A DNA stretch of 12,761 bases from Candidatus Latescibacterota bacterium (GCA_038279365.1 JAYODI010000121.1:1-12761), one strand, 5' to 3'; shown: positions 1 to 8,164, numbered from the stretch's first letter. Program-made: numbers and translations. Notes: generated by a model not told the origin, from the letters alone.

Positions 1-51
1 TTTTTAATTATAAAAAATTTACATATTTAATATTTATAAAAGCTTTTTGTT

Positions 52-80
52 TTGATCCACAACCTAAGAAGCCTTACATT
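52..80 (+). promoter_or_regulatory. Putative sigma70-type promoter of the MFS gene
   Basis: TTGATC (52-57), 17-nt spacer, TACATT (75-80); very AT-rich tract upstream (1-50) could act as an UP element; GAGGA RBS-like motif before ATG 124. Motif match only. Confidence 0.4.
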
Positions 81-123
81 GAACACTATCGTCTAACACA
101 ATACCTGTTCCAGAGGATGTGCA

Positions 124-1353
124 ATGATATCTCCATCCGTACAAAAGCGGATCACCGCAACACTGTTTGCTTCACAAGGCTTGTTTAGCGCATCCAGCAT
201 TTTATCTTTCACCCTCATGCCCATCATCTCGGCGCACTTGGGTGGTAGCGATGCTTATGCAGGCATTCCACCCACCGTGGTTATGCTTGGCCGCGCCATT
301 GCCGCCTATCCCGTGGGTTGGCTTATGGATCGTGTGGGTCGCCGATCAGGTCTTTCCATTGGTTACATCTTGGCCACCCTCGGCGCAATCCTCTGTGTCA
401 TTTCCATACAACCTTGGGCGTCACTCCTTGGTTTCTCCATCGGCGGTCTTCTCATGGGCATGGGCCGTGGCGTCATTGAACAAGCCCGTTTTGTCGCCGC
501 CGAAGTTTATTCCCAAGCCCAACAAGCCAAAGCCATCGGATGGATTGTCTTAGCAGGCACATTTGGCGCAGTGGGTGGCCCGCTCTTGGTTGATCCATCG
601 GGCCACATTGCCGTTTCATTTGGCCTACACACCCACACGGGCCCTTACATCTTTTCGGCCTTACTCATCGCCGTTGCATTGCTCCTCAACATCATCTTTC
701 TACGCCCCGACCCCCTGAGCATTGGGCAAACACTCAGGGATCACACACAAATCCAAGAAGGTATCGGGCGATCACTCAAACAAATCTTTCAAGACCGATC
801 CGTTCGCCTCGGTGCCTGTGCCATGATTATTGGTCAACTGGTGATGACCCTAATCATGGTCATCACCCCACTCCACATGAACCATCACGCCCACAGTGCC
901 AAAGCCATTTCTTGGGTCATTATGGCACACACCTTAGGCATGTATGGTCTCTCCAGCGTCACCGGCCAACTCATCACCCGATTTGGCCGTGTCCCCATCA
1001 TCATTATCGGTGCCATCATCTTGGCCATCTCCGCAATCCTCACCCCTATCTCCAACCAAATGTCTTTGCTCATCTTCGCCCTCTTCCTCTTGGGCCTGGG
1101 ATGGAATTTTTGCTTCATAGCAGGTTCCTCTCTTCTGTCCGAATCCTTGGCCTCCACCGAACGCGGTCGCACACAAGGAGCCACCGAAACAGCCATCGCC
1201 CTTGCCGCAGGAGCAGGCAGCCTCAGCACAGGTCCCATTTTTGCCAGTGCAGGCATCGTTGCCATTTGCGCCATTGGCCTCGCCTTTTCACTCGCACTTT
1301 TTGCGGGCACTTCTCGCTGGCAAAAACAAACCCCTTCTGCGTCAACCTCTTAA
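124..1353 (+). CDS. Major facilitator superfamily (MFS) transporter, substrate unknown
   Basis: 409 aa with about 12 hydrophobic segments; MFS motif A in loop 2-3 (GWLMDRVGRR) and its repeat in the second half (GQLITRFGRV); GAGGA RBS upstream. Confidence 0.92.
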   Translation: MISPSVQKRITATLFASQGLFSASSILSFTLMPIISAHLGGSDAYAGIPPTVVMLGRAIAAYPVGWLMDRVGRRSGLSIGYILATLGAILCVISIQPWASLLGFSIGGLLMGMGRGVIEQARFVAAEVYSQAQQAKAIGWIVLAGTFGAVGGPLLVDPSGHIAVSFGLHTHTGPYIFSALLIAVALLLNIIFLRPDPLSIGQTLRDHTQIQEGIGRSLKQIFQDRSVRLGACAMIIGQLVMTLIMVITPLHMNHHAHSAKAISWVIMAHTLGMYGLSSVTGQLITRFGRVPIIIIGAIILAISAILTPISNQMSLLIFALFLLGLGWNFCFIAGSSLLSESLASTERGRTQGATETAIALAAGAGSLSTGPIFASAGIVAICAIGLAFSLALFAGTSRWQKQTPSASTS

Positions 1354-1523
1354 AAACTAGCCATTCATATCACAAAGCAATCACAAGATTGTGCCATTGC
1401 CGCTTTAAATACCAAAACACGCACCATTGCCAACACAATCAAGGGGGCCAACCAAAGCCGAAAAACCATTGCCAGAACAAACCACAATCTGCATATTATA
1501 AACCGTTTTTCACAAAAGGTAAC

Positions 1524-1553
1524 ACAGCTCACCCAAGTGGGCTGTTTGTTTTT
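1524..1553 (+). terminator. Intrinsic terminator or attenuator hairpin between the MFS and ASST genes
   Basis: ACAGCTCAC-CCAA-GTGGGCTGT, a 9-bp stem with one U-G pair (pairs only as plus-strand RNA), followed by TTGTTTTT. Confidence 0.55.
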
Positions 1554-1567
1554 CAGCCTTTGACTTT

Positions 1568-1602
1568 CCATTTGCCGTTTCACATTTGCCGTTTGCCTTT
1601 CT
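1568..1602. repeat. Degenerate heptamer tandem array (consensus CCRTTTG)
   Basis: Units CCATTTG CCGTTTC ACATTTG CCGTTTG CCTTTCT directly upstream of the ASST RBS. Confidence 0.55.
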
Positions 1603-1620
1603 TTCATCTTCTGAGGTCTC

Positions 1621-3051
1621 ATGGGTTACCCAACCGTCTATCCCACCAGCACCACCATCTACTATCCCGACCAGTGTTATAATGGCTACACCATTTTCTC
1701 GGGTGGCATGTCGGGCCATCCGTATCTCATTGACATGAACGGCAACATCGTTCACGAATGGCAAGGCATGACGGGCTTTCCAGCCAAAATATTGCCCGGT
1801 GGATTTATTATGGGCAGCACAGGATTGCGCAACCCCAAATATGGCTACCAAGACAAACTCGACCTTATCCAAGTCGATTGGAACGGCAACGTCGTTTGGA
1901 AATTTGACAAATACGAACGCATCAAAGACCCCTATCAAAAAAAAGCCCGTTGGATGGCCCGCCAACACCACGACTACCAACGCCCCGGAAATCCGGTTGG
2001 CTATTATGCACCCGGTTTAATTCCTGGTCTCTCCGAAGTCAACACCCTCATCTTGTGTCACAAAAACGTCACCAACCCCGCCATCAGCGAAAAAACCCTC
2101 ATCGACGACACCATCATCGAAGTCAACTGGCAAGGCGACATCATTTGGGAATGGGTCTGTAGCGAACACTTCGACGATCTTTCCTTCAGCGAAGCAGCCC
2201 GCAACACCATGGCCCGCAACCCCAACATGGTCACCGGCAATGTGGGCGACTGGATGCACATGAACGCCATGTCCACCCTCGGCCCCAACAAATGGTACGC
2301 CGATGGCGACCAACGCTTTCACCCCGACAACATCATTTGGTGCGGTCGCCAGACCAGCATCACCGGCATCACCGACAAAAAAACAGGCCAAATAGTTTGG
2401 CACATCGGCCCCGACTATCAAAACAGCAAACTCGGTTGGATCATTGGCCAACACCATGCCCATATGATTCCAAAAGGGCTACCTGGTGCAGGCAACATTC
2501 TCCTCTTCGACAACGGGGGTATGTCAGGTTACGGCGCACCCAACCCCACCGCCCCGCAAGGCATCAACAACGCCAAGCGCGACCATTCCCGCGTCATCGA
2601 ATTCAACCCCCTTACCCTCGAAATCGTTTGGCAATACACGCCCCAAGAAGCTGGCTTGGCCCCTTTGGTCGAAGACCACAAATTCTACAGCACCTTGGTC
2701 AGTTCCGTCCAACGCCTCCCCAACGGCAACACCCTCATCACCGAAGGCAGCGATGGTCGCCTGATTGAAGTCACACCCAATCACGAACTCGTTTGGGAAT
2801 ACATCAGCCCATTCATTCACAAAGCCCGTGGGCACAACCTCGTCTATCGCGGTTATCGCCTCCCCTACGATTGGATACCCCAAGTCGAAAAACCCAAAGA
2901 AATCGAAGTGCCCCAAATCGACAACAGCAAATTTCGCGTCACAGACAGAGGCGACAACCACGCCACCGTCACCAAACTCAAACGCGGAGGCAAAGTCAAC
3001 CCCGACCCGGACCTTTGCGTGCTTCCACCTGGGTTTGCACCCAGAATTTAA
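1621..3051 (+). CDS. Aryl-sulfate sulfotransferase (ASST/arylsulfotransferase) family beta-propeller protein, probably cytoplasmic
   Basis: 476 aa; ASST-like motifs RQHHD, DWMHMNA, CGRQ, GQHHAH and LLFDNG, plus propeller repeats (IDMNGNIVHEW, VDWNGNVVW, QRLPNGNTLITEG...GRLIEVT); no hydrophobic N-terminal signal peptide; GAGG RBS. Confidence 0.85.
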   Translation: MGYPTVYPTSTTIYYPDQCYNGYTIFSGGMSGHPYLIDMNGNIVHEWQGMTGFPAKILPGGFIMGSTGLRNPKYGYQDKLDLIQVDWNGNVVWKFDKYERIKDPYQKKARWMARQHHDYQRPGNPVGYYAPGLIPGLSEVNTLILCHKNVTNPAISEKTLIDDTIIEVNWQGDIIWEWVCSEHFDDLSFSEAARNTMARNPNMVTGNVGDWMHMNAMSTLGPNKWYADGDQRFHPDNIIWCGRQTSITGITDKKTGQIVWHIGPDYQNSKLGWIIGQHHAHMIPKGLPGAGNILLFDNGGMSGYGAPNPTAPQGINNAKRDHSRVIEFNPLTLEIVWQYTPQEAGLAPLVEDHKFYSTLVSSVQRLPNGNTLITEGSDGRLIEVTPNHELVWEYISPFIHKARGHNLVYRGYRLPYDWIPQVEKPKEIEVPQIDNSKFRVTDRGDNHATVTKLKRGGKVNPDPDLCVLPPGFAPRI

Positions 3052-3068
3052 CCATTCAATTTTTCACA

Positions 3069-3105
3069 AAAAAGGCATCGCGTTTAGAAGACGCGATGCC
3101 TTTTT
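3069..3105. terminator. Bidirectional intrinsic terminator between the convergent ASST and bcp genes
   Basis: Perfect 15-bp inverted repeat AAAAAGGCATCGCGT / ACGCGATGCCTTTTT, with A- and T-tracts on either side. Confidence 0.9.
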
Positions 3106-3138
3106 AATTTTACATTTTTAATTTCTCACAAACAAAGC

Positions 3139-3612
3139 CTACCCCATCCCCTTCACATCCGCCAAAACCTCTTCCGCATGTTCTTTCACCTTCACCTTCT
3201 CATACACCTTCGCAATCTTCCCCTTCGCATCAATCAAAAACGACATCCGATGCGTGCCCATAAACTCCCGCCCCATAAACTTCTTCAAACCCCACACCCC
3301 AAAGAGTTCCACCACCACTTGCTCTTCATCGGCCAACAACGTAAACGGCAACGCATACTTCTTCACAAAGTTCGCATGTTTTTTCACCGTATCCGTACTG
3401 ATCCCAAACACCTTCACACCCAACTTCTCAAACTCAGGAAAATGATCCCGAATCGCACACGCCTCCGTCGTACACCCTGGTGTATTATCTCGCGGATAAA
3501 AGTACACCAACACCCATTGCCCCTTATAATCCGACAATGTATGTGACTCTCCATTCTGATCTTGCAACGTAAAATCAGGGGCTTTTTCACCCACCTTCAC
3601 TTTGGGTATCAT
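3139..3612 (-). CDS. bcp: Thioredoxin-dependent peroxiredoxin BCP/PrxQ
   Basis: APDFTL...VYFYPRDNTPGCTTEAC, the PxxxTxxC peroxidatic motif with the resolving Cys five residues later; GISTD; conserved Arg in HRMSFLID. ATG 3612 preferred over GTG 3615 because of AAGGA RBS spacing. Confidence 0.95.
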   Translation of the reverse strand: MIPKVKVGEKAPDFTLQDQNGESHTLSDYKGQWVLVYFYPRDNTPGCTTEACAIRDHFPEFEKLGVKVFGISTDTVKKHANFVKKYALPFTLLADEEQVVVELFGVWGLKKFMGREFMGTHRMSFLIDAKGKIAKVYEKVKVKEHAEEVLADVKGMG

Positions 3613-3680
3613 CACAATCCTTTCAATCTATTAACAAAATTCACCCTTAACACTCACTTTTAAAGTGCACACATTTTTCA

Positions 3681-3965
3681 ATGATCACATATTTAGAATT
3701 CATCCAAGGCGCAAGAAATCGACAAGAATTAAAACATATCAAAGGTTTTCTCAAAGACCATGCATTTCAAACCTTACCACTCAATGAAAATATTGGACAC
3801 AGAGCATCTATATACATGGAGGAATATACACTCAAAACAGCACTTTACCTTGCCGATGCCTTAATAGCAGCAACAGCTGTTGAACAAAACACAACTCTGT
3901 GCACGGCCAATCAAAAACATTACCGTAACATTGGTGAACTCGATCTCAAAATCTTTCGCCCATAG
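3681..3965 (+). pseudogene. vapC: 5'-truncated VapC/PIN-domain toxin remnant with no antitoxin gene
   Basis: ITYLEFIQG, LADALIAATA and LCTANQKHY are PIN motifs, but the N-terminal strand with the first catalytic Asp (xxDT) is missing. There is an in-frame TAA at 3648-3650 and only about 65 nt to the divergent bcp start. More AT-rich than its neighbours. Confidence 0.7.
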
Positions 3966-3976
3966 TTCCAAACTCA

Positions 3977-4876
3977 TTACCCAAACACACCCTTCGCCAC
4001 GCGATGCACTTCCGCGTGCAAATCCGCCGTCTTCTCATCACTTTTGGCATACCCACCCGACAACACCAACGCAACAGGCAAACCTTTTAACCGCATCGTC
4101 TCCAACACATACCGATCACGCGCCGCCAAACCATCACGCGTCAACGCCAATCGCCCAAACCGATCCCCAACCACCGGATCAACCCCCGCCAAATAATACA
4201 CCAAATCGGGTCGTGCTTCATCAATCACATCCATCAAATGACTTTGCAACACATCCAAATACGCCCAATTGTCCACCCCATCGGGCAAAGCCACATCGCG
4301 CGAAGACCGCTCCTTCTTAAACGGATAATTCTTCTCCCCATGCATCGAAAACGTAAACACCGAATCATCCCCTTCAAACACCGCCGCCACCCCATTGCCC
4401 TGATGCACATCCAAATCCACCACCAATACCCGCGCCACATCGCCACCGCGTTGCAACATCCGAATCGCCACCGCCACATCATTCAACACACAAAACCCCT
4501 CCCCATGGTCAGGAAACCCATGATGCATCCCCCCCGCCAAATTGGCCGCCACCCCATCTTGCAAAGCCATTCGTCCCGCCTCAAACGTCCCCTGTGTCGC
4601 CAACCGAGACCGCCTCACAATCGCATCCGTGCGTGGCAACCCCATCCGCCGCTCTGCCAACCGATCCATCGTCCCCAACCGCAAACTATCCAAATATCGC
4701 ACCGTATGCACCAATGCCAAATCATCCCAAGATGTTTCGCTTGGAGTCACCACATCCTGCACCCGAATCAACCCTTCATCCAACAAAATACGATGCAACG
4801 CCACAAACTTCCCCATCGGAAACCGATGTCCCTCAGGCAAAGGTGCTGCATATCCTTCACTAAAACAAACCCGCAC
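3977..4876 (-). CDS. Histone deacetylase-family Zn-dependent amidohydrolase
   Basis: HRFPMGKF, NLAGGMHHG, GFCVLND, VDLDVHQGNG, AGVD and LSGGY motifs; GTG start 3 nt after the upstream stop. Confidence 0.93.
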   Translation of the reverse strand: MRVCFSEGYAAPLPEGHRFPMGKFVALHRILLDEGLIRVQDVVTPSETSWDDLALVHTVRYLDSLRLGTMDRLAERRMGLPRTDAIVRRSRLATQGTFEAGRMALQDGVAANLAGGMHHGFPDHGEGFCVLNDVAVAIRMLQRGGDVARVLVVDLDVHQGNGVAAVFEGDDSVFTFSMHGEKNYPFKKERSSRDVALPDGVDNWAYLDVLQSHLMDVIDEARPDLVYYLAGVDPVVGDRFGRLALTRDGLAARDRYVLETMRLKGLPVALVLSGGYAKSDEKTADLHAEVHRVAKGVFG

Positions 4877-4879
4877 CGC

Positions 4880-5437
4880 CTACCCCTTCCAAATCCGTTC
4901 AATCGTTGGCGTCTCACCCTCAAACGTCAACAACAACACATCCGGGTTCGTCAACGCCTGCCAATGCGTAAACCCAACCGACGCATCATAATGCATCCAC
5001 ATCAACGCCGTCAAATTCCCATGCGACGCCATCACCACCGGCGCATCCTTCTCAAGCGCATCTCCCACCGCCGCAATCGCCCGCCCCATCGCCTCCCGAC
5101 TCGATTCGCCCCCCTCAAAACACAAATCCAAATCTTCAAACGTCTGCCCAAACACCGCCACAGCCCGCTCCGTCTCCACCGCCCAATCCACCCCCAAATC
5201 CCCCACATTGCGCTCACCCAACCGATCATCAATCTCAATCTCCAACCCCAACCGCAATGCCAACGGCACCACCGACTCCCGCGCCCGCACAAACGGACTC
5301 GCCACCACCCGCACAATCCCCTTGTCCTCCAAAAACCCCGCCAACTCCTTCGCCTGCGCCCACCCCAAATCCGTCAACGCCATCTCCGGCGGCTGCCCCA
5401 AAGCCTGACAATGTCGCACCCAATAAATCTGTTTCAT
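4880..5437 (-). CDS. Histidine phosphatase (phosphoglycerate mutase-like) family protein
   Basis: IYWVRHCQA (RHG variant), LTDLGWAQA, SPFVRARES, RLGERNVG, GGES and SHG motifs. Start set at ATG 5437 (GAGGGAG RBS) rather than 5470. Confidence 0.88.
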   Translation of the reverse strand: MKQIYWVRHCQALGQPPEMALTDLGWAQAKELAGFLEDKGIVRVVASPFVRARESVVPLALRLGLEIEIDDRLGERNVGDLGVDWAVETERAVAVFGQTFEDLDLCFEGGESSREAMGRAIAAVGDALEKDAPVVMASHGNLTALMWMHYDASVGFTHWQALTNPDVLLLTFEGETPTIERIWKG

Positions 5438-5494
5438 CTCTCCCTCACCAAATAAGTGATCCGTTCCCACCTACCAAAGCTTGTAACTACCCCC

Positions 5495-5675
5495 GATTTT
5501 CCGCACCATTCCCTCCCACACAATATTTTTTTATGCCACCCACTCTCGTAGGCCCCTTCATCCTTTGTACCCTCAAACGGTATTTGCGGAAAATCAGCCT
5601 CCCCGGCACTTGAGGGGCGGCATTTTTTGCTTACTTTTTTTTGCTGTTGAAAAAAAGTAAGTCGTGCCGAAGGCA
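5495..5675. repeat. Structured intergenic element with nested and adjacent inverted repeats (REP/MITE-like or structured RNA)
   Basis: 11-bp perfect IR GATTTTCCGCA (5495-5505) / TGCGGAAAATC (5585-5595); GCCTCCCC...GGGGCGGC hairpin (5597-5621); 12-bp IR CTTACTTTTTTT (5630-5641) / AAAAAAAGTAAG (5650-5661); TGCC-GAA-GGCA mini-hairpin (5665-5675). Confidence 0.6.
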
Positions 5676-5676
5676 A

Positions 5677-6657
5677 CTACACATGATTTCGCAACATCAA
5701 CTCCACCGGATAAGGCTTCAAATAAACCTGCTCATGCACCCACTCCGGCACCTCATTCCGATTCAAATGATGCTTCAACAACGTAATCGGCACAATCAAC
5801 GGCACCAACCCCGCCCGATACGACTCAAACACCTCCAACAATTCCTCTTTATCTTGCCCCGTCATTTTATCTTTTACAAACCCCATCAAATGCATCAACA
5901 CATTCACATGCTTCCCCCGCGTACTCATCACCTGCAACCCCTCCATCATCAGCTTCCCATACCGCCCAATCATCTCCGCCCAATCAATCGTCTTCCCCAG
6001 TGCCACCAACTGCCCCATCTCCCGATAATGTTTTGGGCTGTGCGCCAAAAGGCTCATCTTCATTCCCGTATGAAACGCCACCAACCCACCTGGCGTCGGG
6101 TTATCCTTCATCATTTCTCGCAACCGATAATATGCAAACACCCGCTCAATAAAATTTTCCCGCAACGGCAAATCATTCAATCGCCCCTCTTCCTCTATGG
6201 GCAACAAAGGAAACCGCTCCGTCAACGCCCGCGCAAAAATGCCCTGTCCATCCCGCGTCGGAATCCCCGTCTTCAAATTATACACCCGCACCCGAAACAA
6301 CCCACAACTCGGCGAATCCTTCTTCAACACATACCCGTGCAAATCCAACGCCTCCAAATCATCCAACCGCGATTTGGCCCACACCTTCATCGCCTCTGTA
6401 TGATCCGTTCCCGACTTGGGCCCCACCAACTGTGGATCATCCACATCTCCTTGCAACCGAATCGACTCACGCGGCGTACTCATTCCCACTTCCACCTCTG
6501 GGCAAACCGACACCCAATCCACATACTCACCCAATGCATGCGTCAAATAAGGCATATGCTTGTGCCCACCATTATAACGCACCTCCTCTCCCAACAAACA
6601 CCCACTCACCCCAAGTCGCAACTTAAATCCCTGTTCAGAAACACGGTTTTGTGCCAT
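5677..6657 (-). CDS. ybgA: YbgA-family DUF523 (TudS-like [4Fe-4S] desulfidase) + DUF1722 protein; RudS-like putative tRNA 4-thiouridine desulfidase
   Basis: All three TudS cluster-ligand Cys motifs are present (GVSGCLLG..VRYNGGH, VCPEVEVG..TPR, LKKDSPSCG). C-terminal DUF1722 motifs FH...K..LLAHS, NVLMHLMGF and YLKPYP. Start overlaps the upstream stop (GTGATG; ATG 6657 or GTG 6660). Confidence 0.9.
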   Translation of the reverse strand: MAQNRVSEQGFKLRLGVSGCLLGEEVRYNGGHKHMPYLTHALGEYVDWVSVCPEVEVGMSTPRESIRLQGDVDDPQLVGPKSGTDHTEAMKVWAKSRLDDLEALDLHGYVLKKDSPSCGLFRVRVYNLKTGIPTRDGQGIFARALTERFPLLPIEEEGRLNDLPLRENFIERVFAYYRLREMMKDNPTPGGLVAFHTGMKMSLLAHSPKHYREMGQLVALGKTIDWAEMIGRYGKLMMEGLQVMSTRGKHVNVLMHLMGFVKDKMTGQDKEELLEVFESYRAGLVPLIVPITLLKHHLNRNEVPEWVHEQVYLKPYPVELMLRNHV

Positions 6658-8150
6658 CACTTGTCCTCGCTTTTAACCGACAATTTTTCTGCCCGCAACA
6701 CAATCTGACGAATCATACCCGAAAAAATCAACGCATGAATAGGATAGAGCACATACCAATACAACAGCCCCCACAAACCCTTGGGCGCAAAAAAGGCCGT
6801 TTGAAAAAGCTGCGCCGTTTCATTCTCCAACGGTTTAATCTCAAATTGTAACCATGCTCGCCCCGGCACCTTCATCTCCGCACGCAAACGCAACACCCGA
6901 CCTGTCTCAACCGCTTCAACCCGCCAAAAATCCAACGCATCCCCCACCCGCACCACATCTGGATCGCGTCGCCCACGTCGCAACCCCACACCTCCCACCG
7001 CACGATCCAACACCCCACGAATCTCCCACGTCCAATTGGCATAAAACCAACCCCGCTTCCCCCCCATCCCCGTCAACACCCGAAAAATAGTTTTCGGACA
7101 CGCCTGCACAACAGACTGCCGGCGCTCCACAATCATCCCCTGATCATTCTTCAAAACAACAGGTGGTTCATCGCCCTTACTGGTCACAAGGGCATCACTC
7201 CACGCCGATTCAATATCGCCCACCTGCAACCGCGTCAAGGCCAGCTTCACCGCCTCGCGACAAGAAATGGGATGAATATTTGGAAACATCTCCCGAGCCA
7301 TATCATCACGCACCACCACCTCATTGCGCAACCCCGCAATCAACGGTCGGCTGATATTGGCAGAAATAGGCGTCACCCAATGCACCCAATACGACGACAA
7401 AGACGGCGTTAAAACCGGCACCGAAATCAACCACCGCCGCAACCCACGCACATCGGCATAGGTCTGCATCATATCACCATACGTCAACACATCTGCCCCA
7501 CCAATTTCGATCACCTTGCCCACACTTTCTGGCACAGACAATGCCGCGACCAAATAATCCAACACATTGCGAATGGCAATCGGTTGTGTACGTGTGGCCA
7601 CCCAACGTGGGCAAATCATAATGGGCAAGCGTTCACTCAAATACCGAATCATTTCAAAAGACAAACTCCCCGACCCCACAATCACCGCCGCACGAAATTC
7701 TGTTACTGCCACACCCTGCTCACCCAACGCACGCCCCGTCTCTTGGCGAGATCTTAAATGCTTTGACAACTCTGCACTTGAGTCACCCAACCCCCCCAAA
7801 TAAATAATGCGCTTCACCCCAGCCTGCTTTGCAGCATCGCCAAATTGACGCGCAGCAAGCAAATCACGGCTGTGAAAATCATCGGCATCACTGCTCATGC
7901 TGTGAATCAAATAATAGGCCACATCAATACCTGCCAAAGCTGGTACCAACGTCTCACTTTTGAGCACATCCCCTTCAACCACATCCACATCATGAAGCCA
8001 AGCACGCCCCTCCAAACGCGTTTTGTCACGCACCATACACCGCACACGATAACCCGCCTCAAGCAAACGAGGCACCAAACGCCCCCCCACATACCCCGTC
8101 ACCCCCGTTACCAAAATATGCGCTTTTTGATTGCTTGAAAAATCCATCAT
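6657..8150 (-). CDS. ybjT: YbjT-like atypical SDR NAD(P)-binding oxidoreductase with C-terminal DUF2867 domain
   Basis: ILVTGVTGYVG Rossmann motif, AYYLIHSM, IYLGGLG, HLRSR, FRAAVIVGSGSLSFE; C-terminal GGKRGW...W.IRG.LD...GDALDFWRV...LRAEMKVPGRAWL. Start uncertain (TTG 8159, ATG 8150 or 8147). Confidence 0.88.
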   Translation of the reverse strand: MMDFSSNQKAHILVTGVTGYVGGRLVPRLLEAGYRVRCMVRDKTRLEGRAWLHDVDVVEGDVLKSETLVPALAGIDVAYYLIHSMSSDADDFHSRDLLAARQFGDAAKQAGVKRIIYLGGLGDSSAELSKHLRSRQETGRALGEQGVAVTEFRAAVIVGSGSLSFEMIRYLSERLPIMICPRWVATRTQPIAIRNVLDYLVAALSVPESVGKVIEIGGADVLTYGDMMQTYADVRGLRRWLISVPVLTPSLSSYWVHWVTPISANISRPLIAGLRNEVVVRDDMAREMFPNIHPISCREAVKLALTRLQVGDIESAWSDALVTSKGDEPPVVLKNDQGMIVERRQSVVQACPKTIFRVLTGMGGKRGWFYANWTWEIRGVLDRAVGGVGLRRGRRDPDVVRVGDALDFWRVEAVETGRVLRLRAEMKVPGRAWLQFEIKPLENETAQLFQTAFFAPKGLWGLLYWYVLYPIHALIFSGMIRQIVLRAEKLSVKSEDK

Positions 8151-8164
8151 ATTATCCAATTCTC

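Noticed and set aside
1382-1396. Sigma54-like TGGCAC on the minus strand
   Set aside because: The -12 TTGC is not at the required spacing, and it points antisense into the MFS gene.
1365-1622. 85-aa minus-strand ORF with repeated LAMV in the MFS-ASST gap
   Set aside because: It has no convincing start or RBS and runs through the hairpin and heptamer array. The LAMV repeat merely reflects the CCATTGCC boxes. A decayed gene remnant cannot be fully excluded.
912-1682. 256-aa alternative-frame ORF bridging the MFS and ASST genes
   Set aside because: It overlaps two real genes out of frame, has low-complexity composition and no recognisable domain.
5405-5420. RHC instead of RHG in the histidine phosphatase as a sign of inactivation
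   Set aside because: The catalytic Arg-His, downstream Arg and SHG His are intact, and the third position is known to vary in this family.
5434-5676. 80-aa minus-strand ORF across the structured element
   Set aside because: It is a translation of inverted repeats and homopolymer runs with a TTG start and no protein-like features.
4238-6708. Long plus-strand ORFs (4238-5455, 5641-6708; likewise 10086-10925, 10360-11115, 11420-12190)
   Set aside because: They are antisense shadows of well-supported minus-strand genes. Their His/Pro/Gln/Arg-rich translations have no motifs and are expected from the C/A-rich, stop-poor plus strand.
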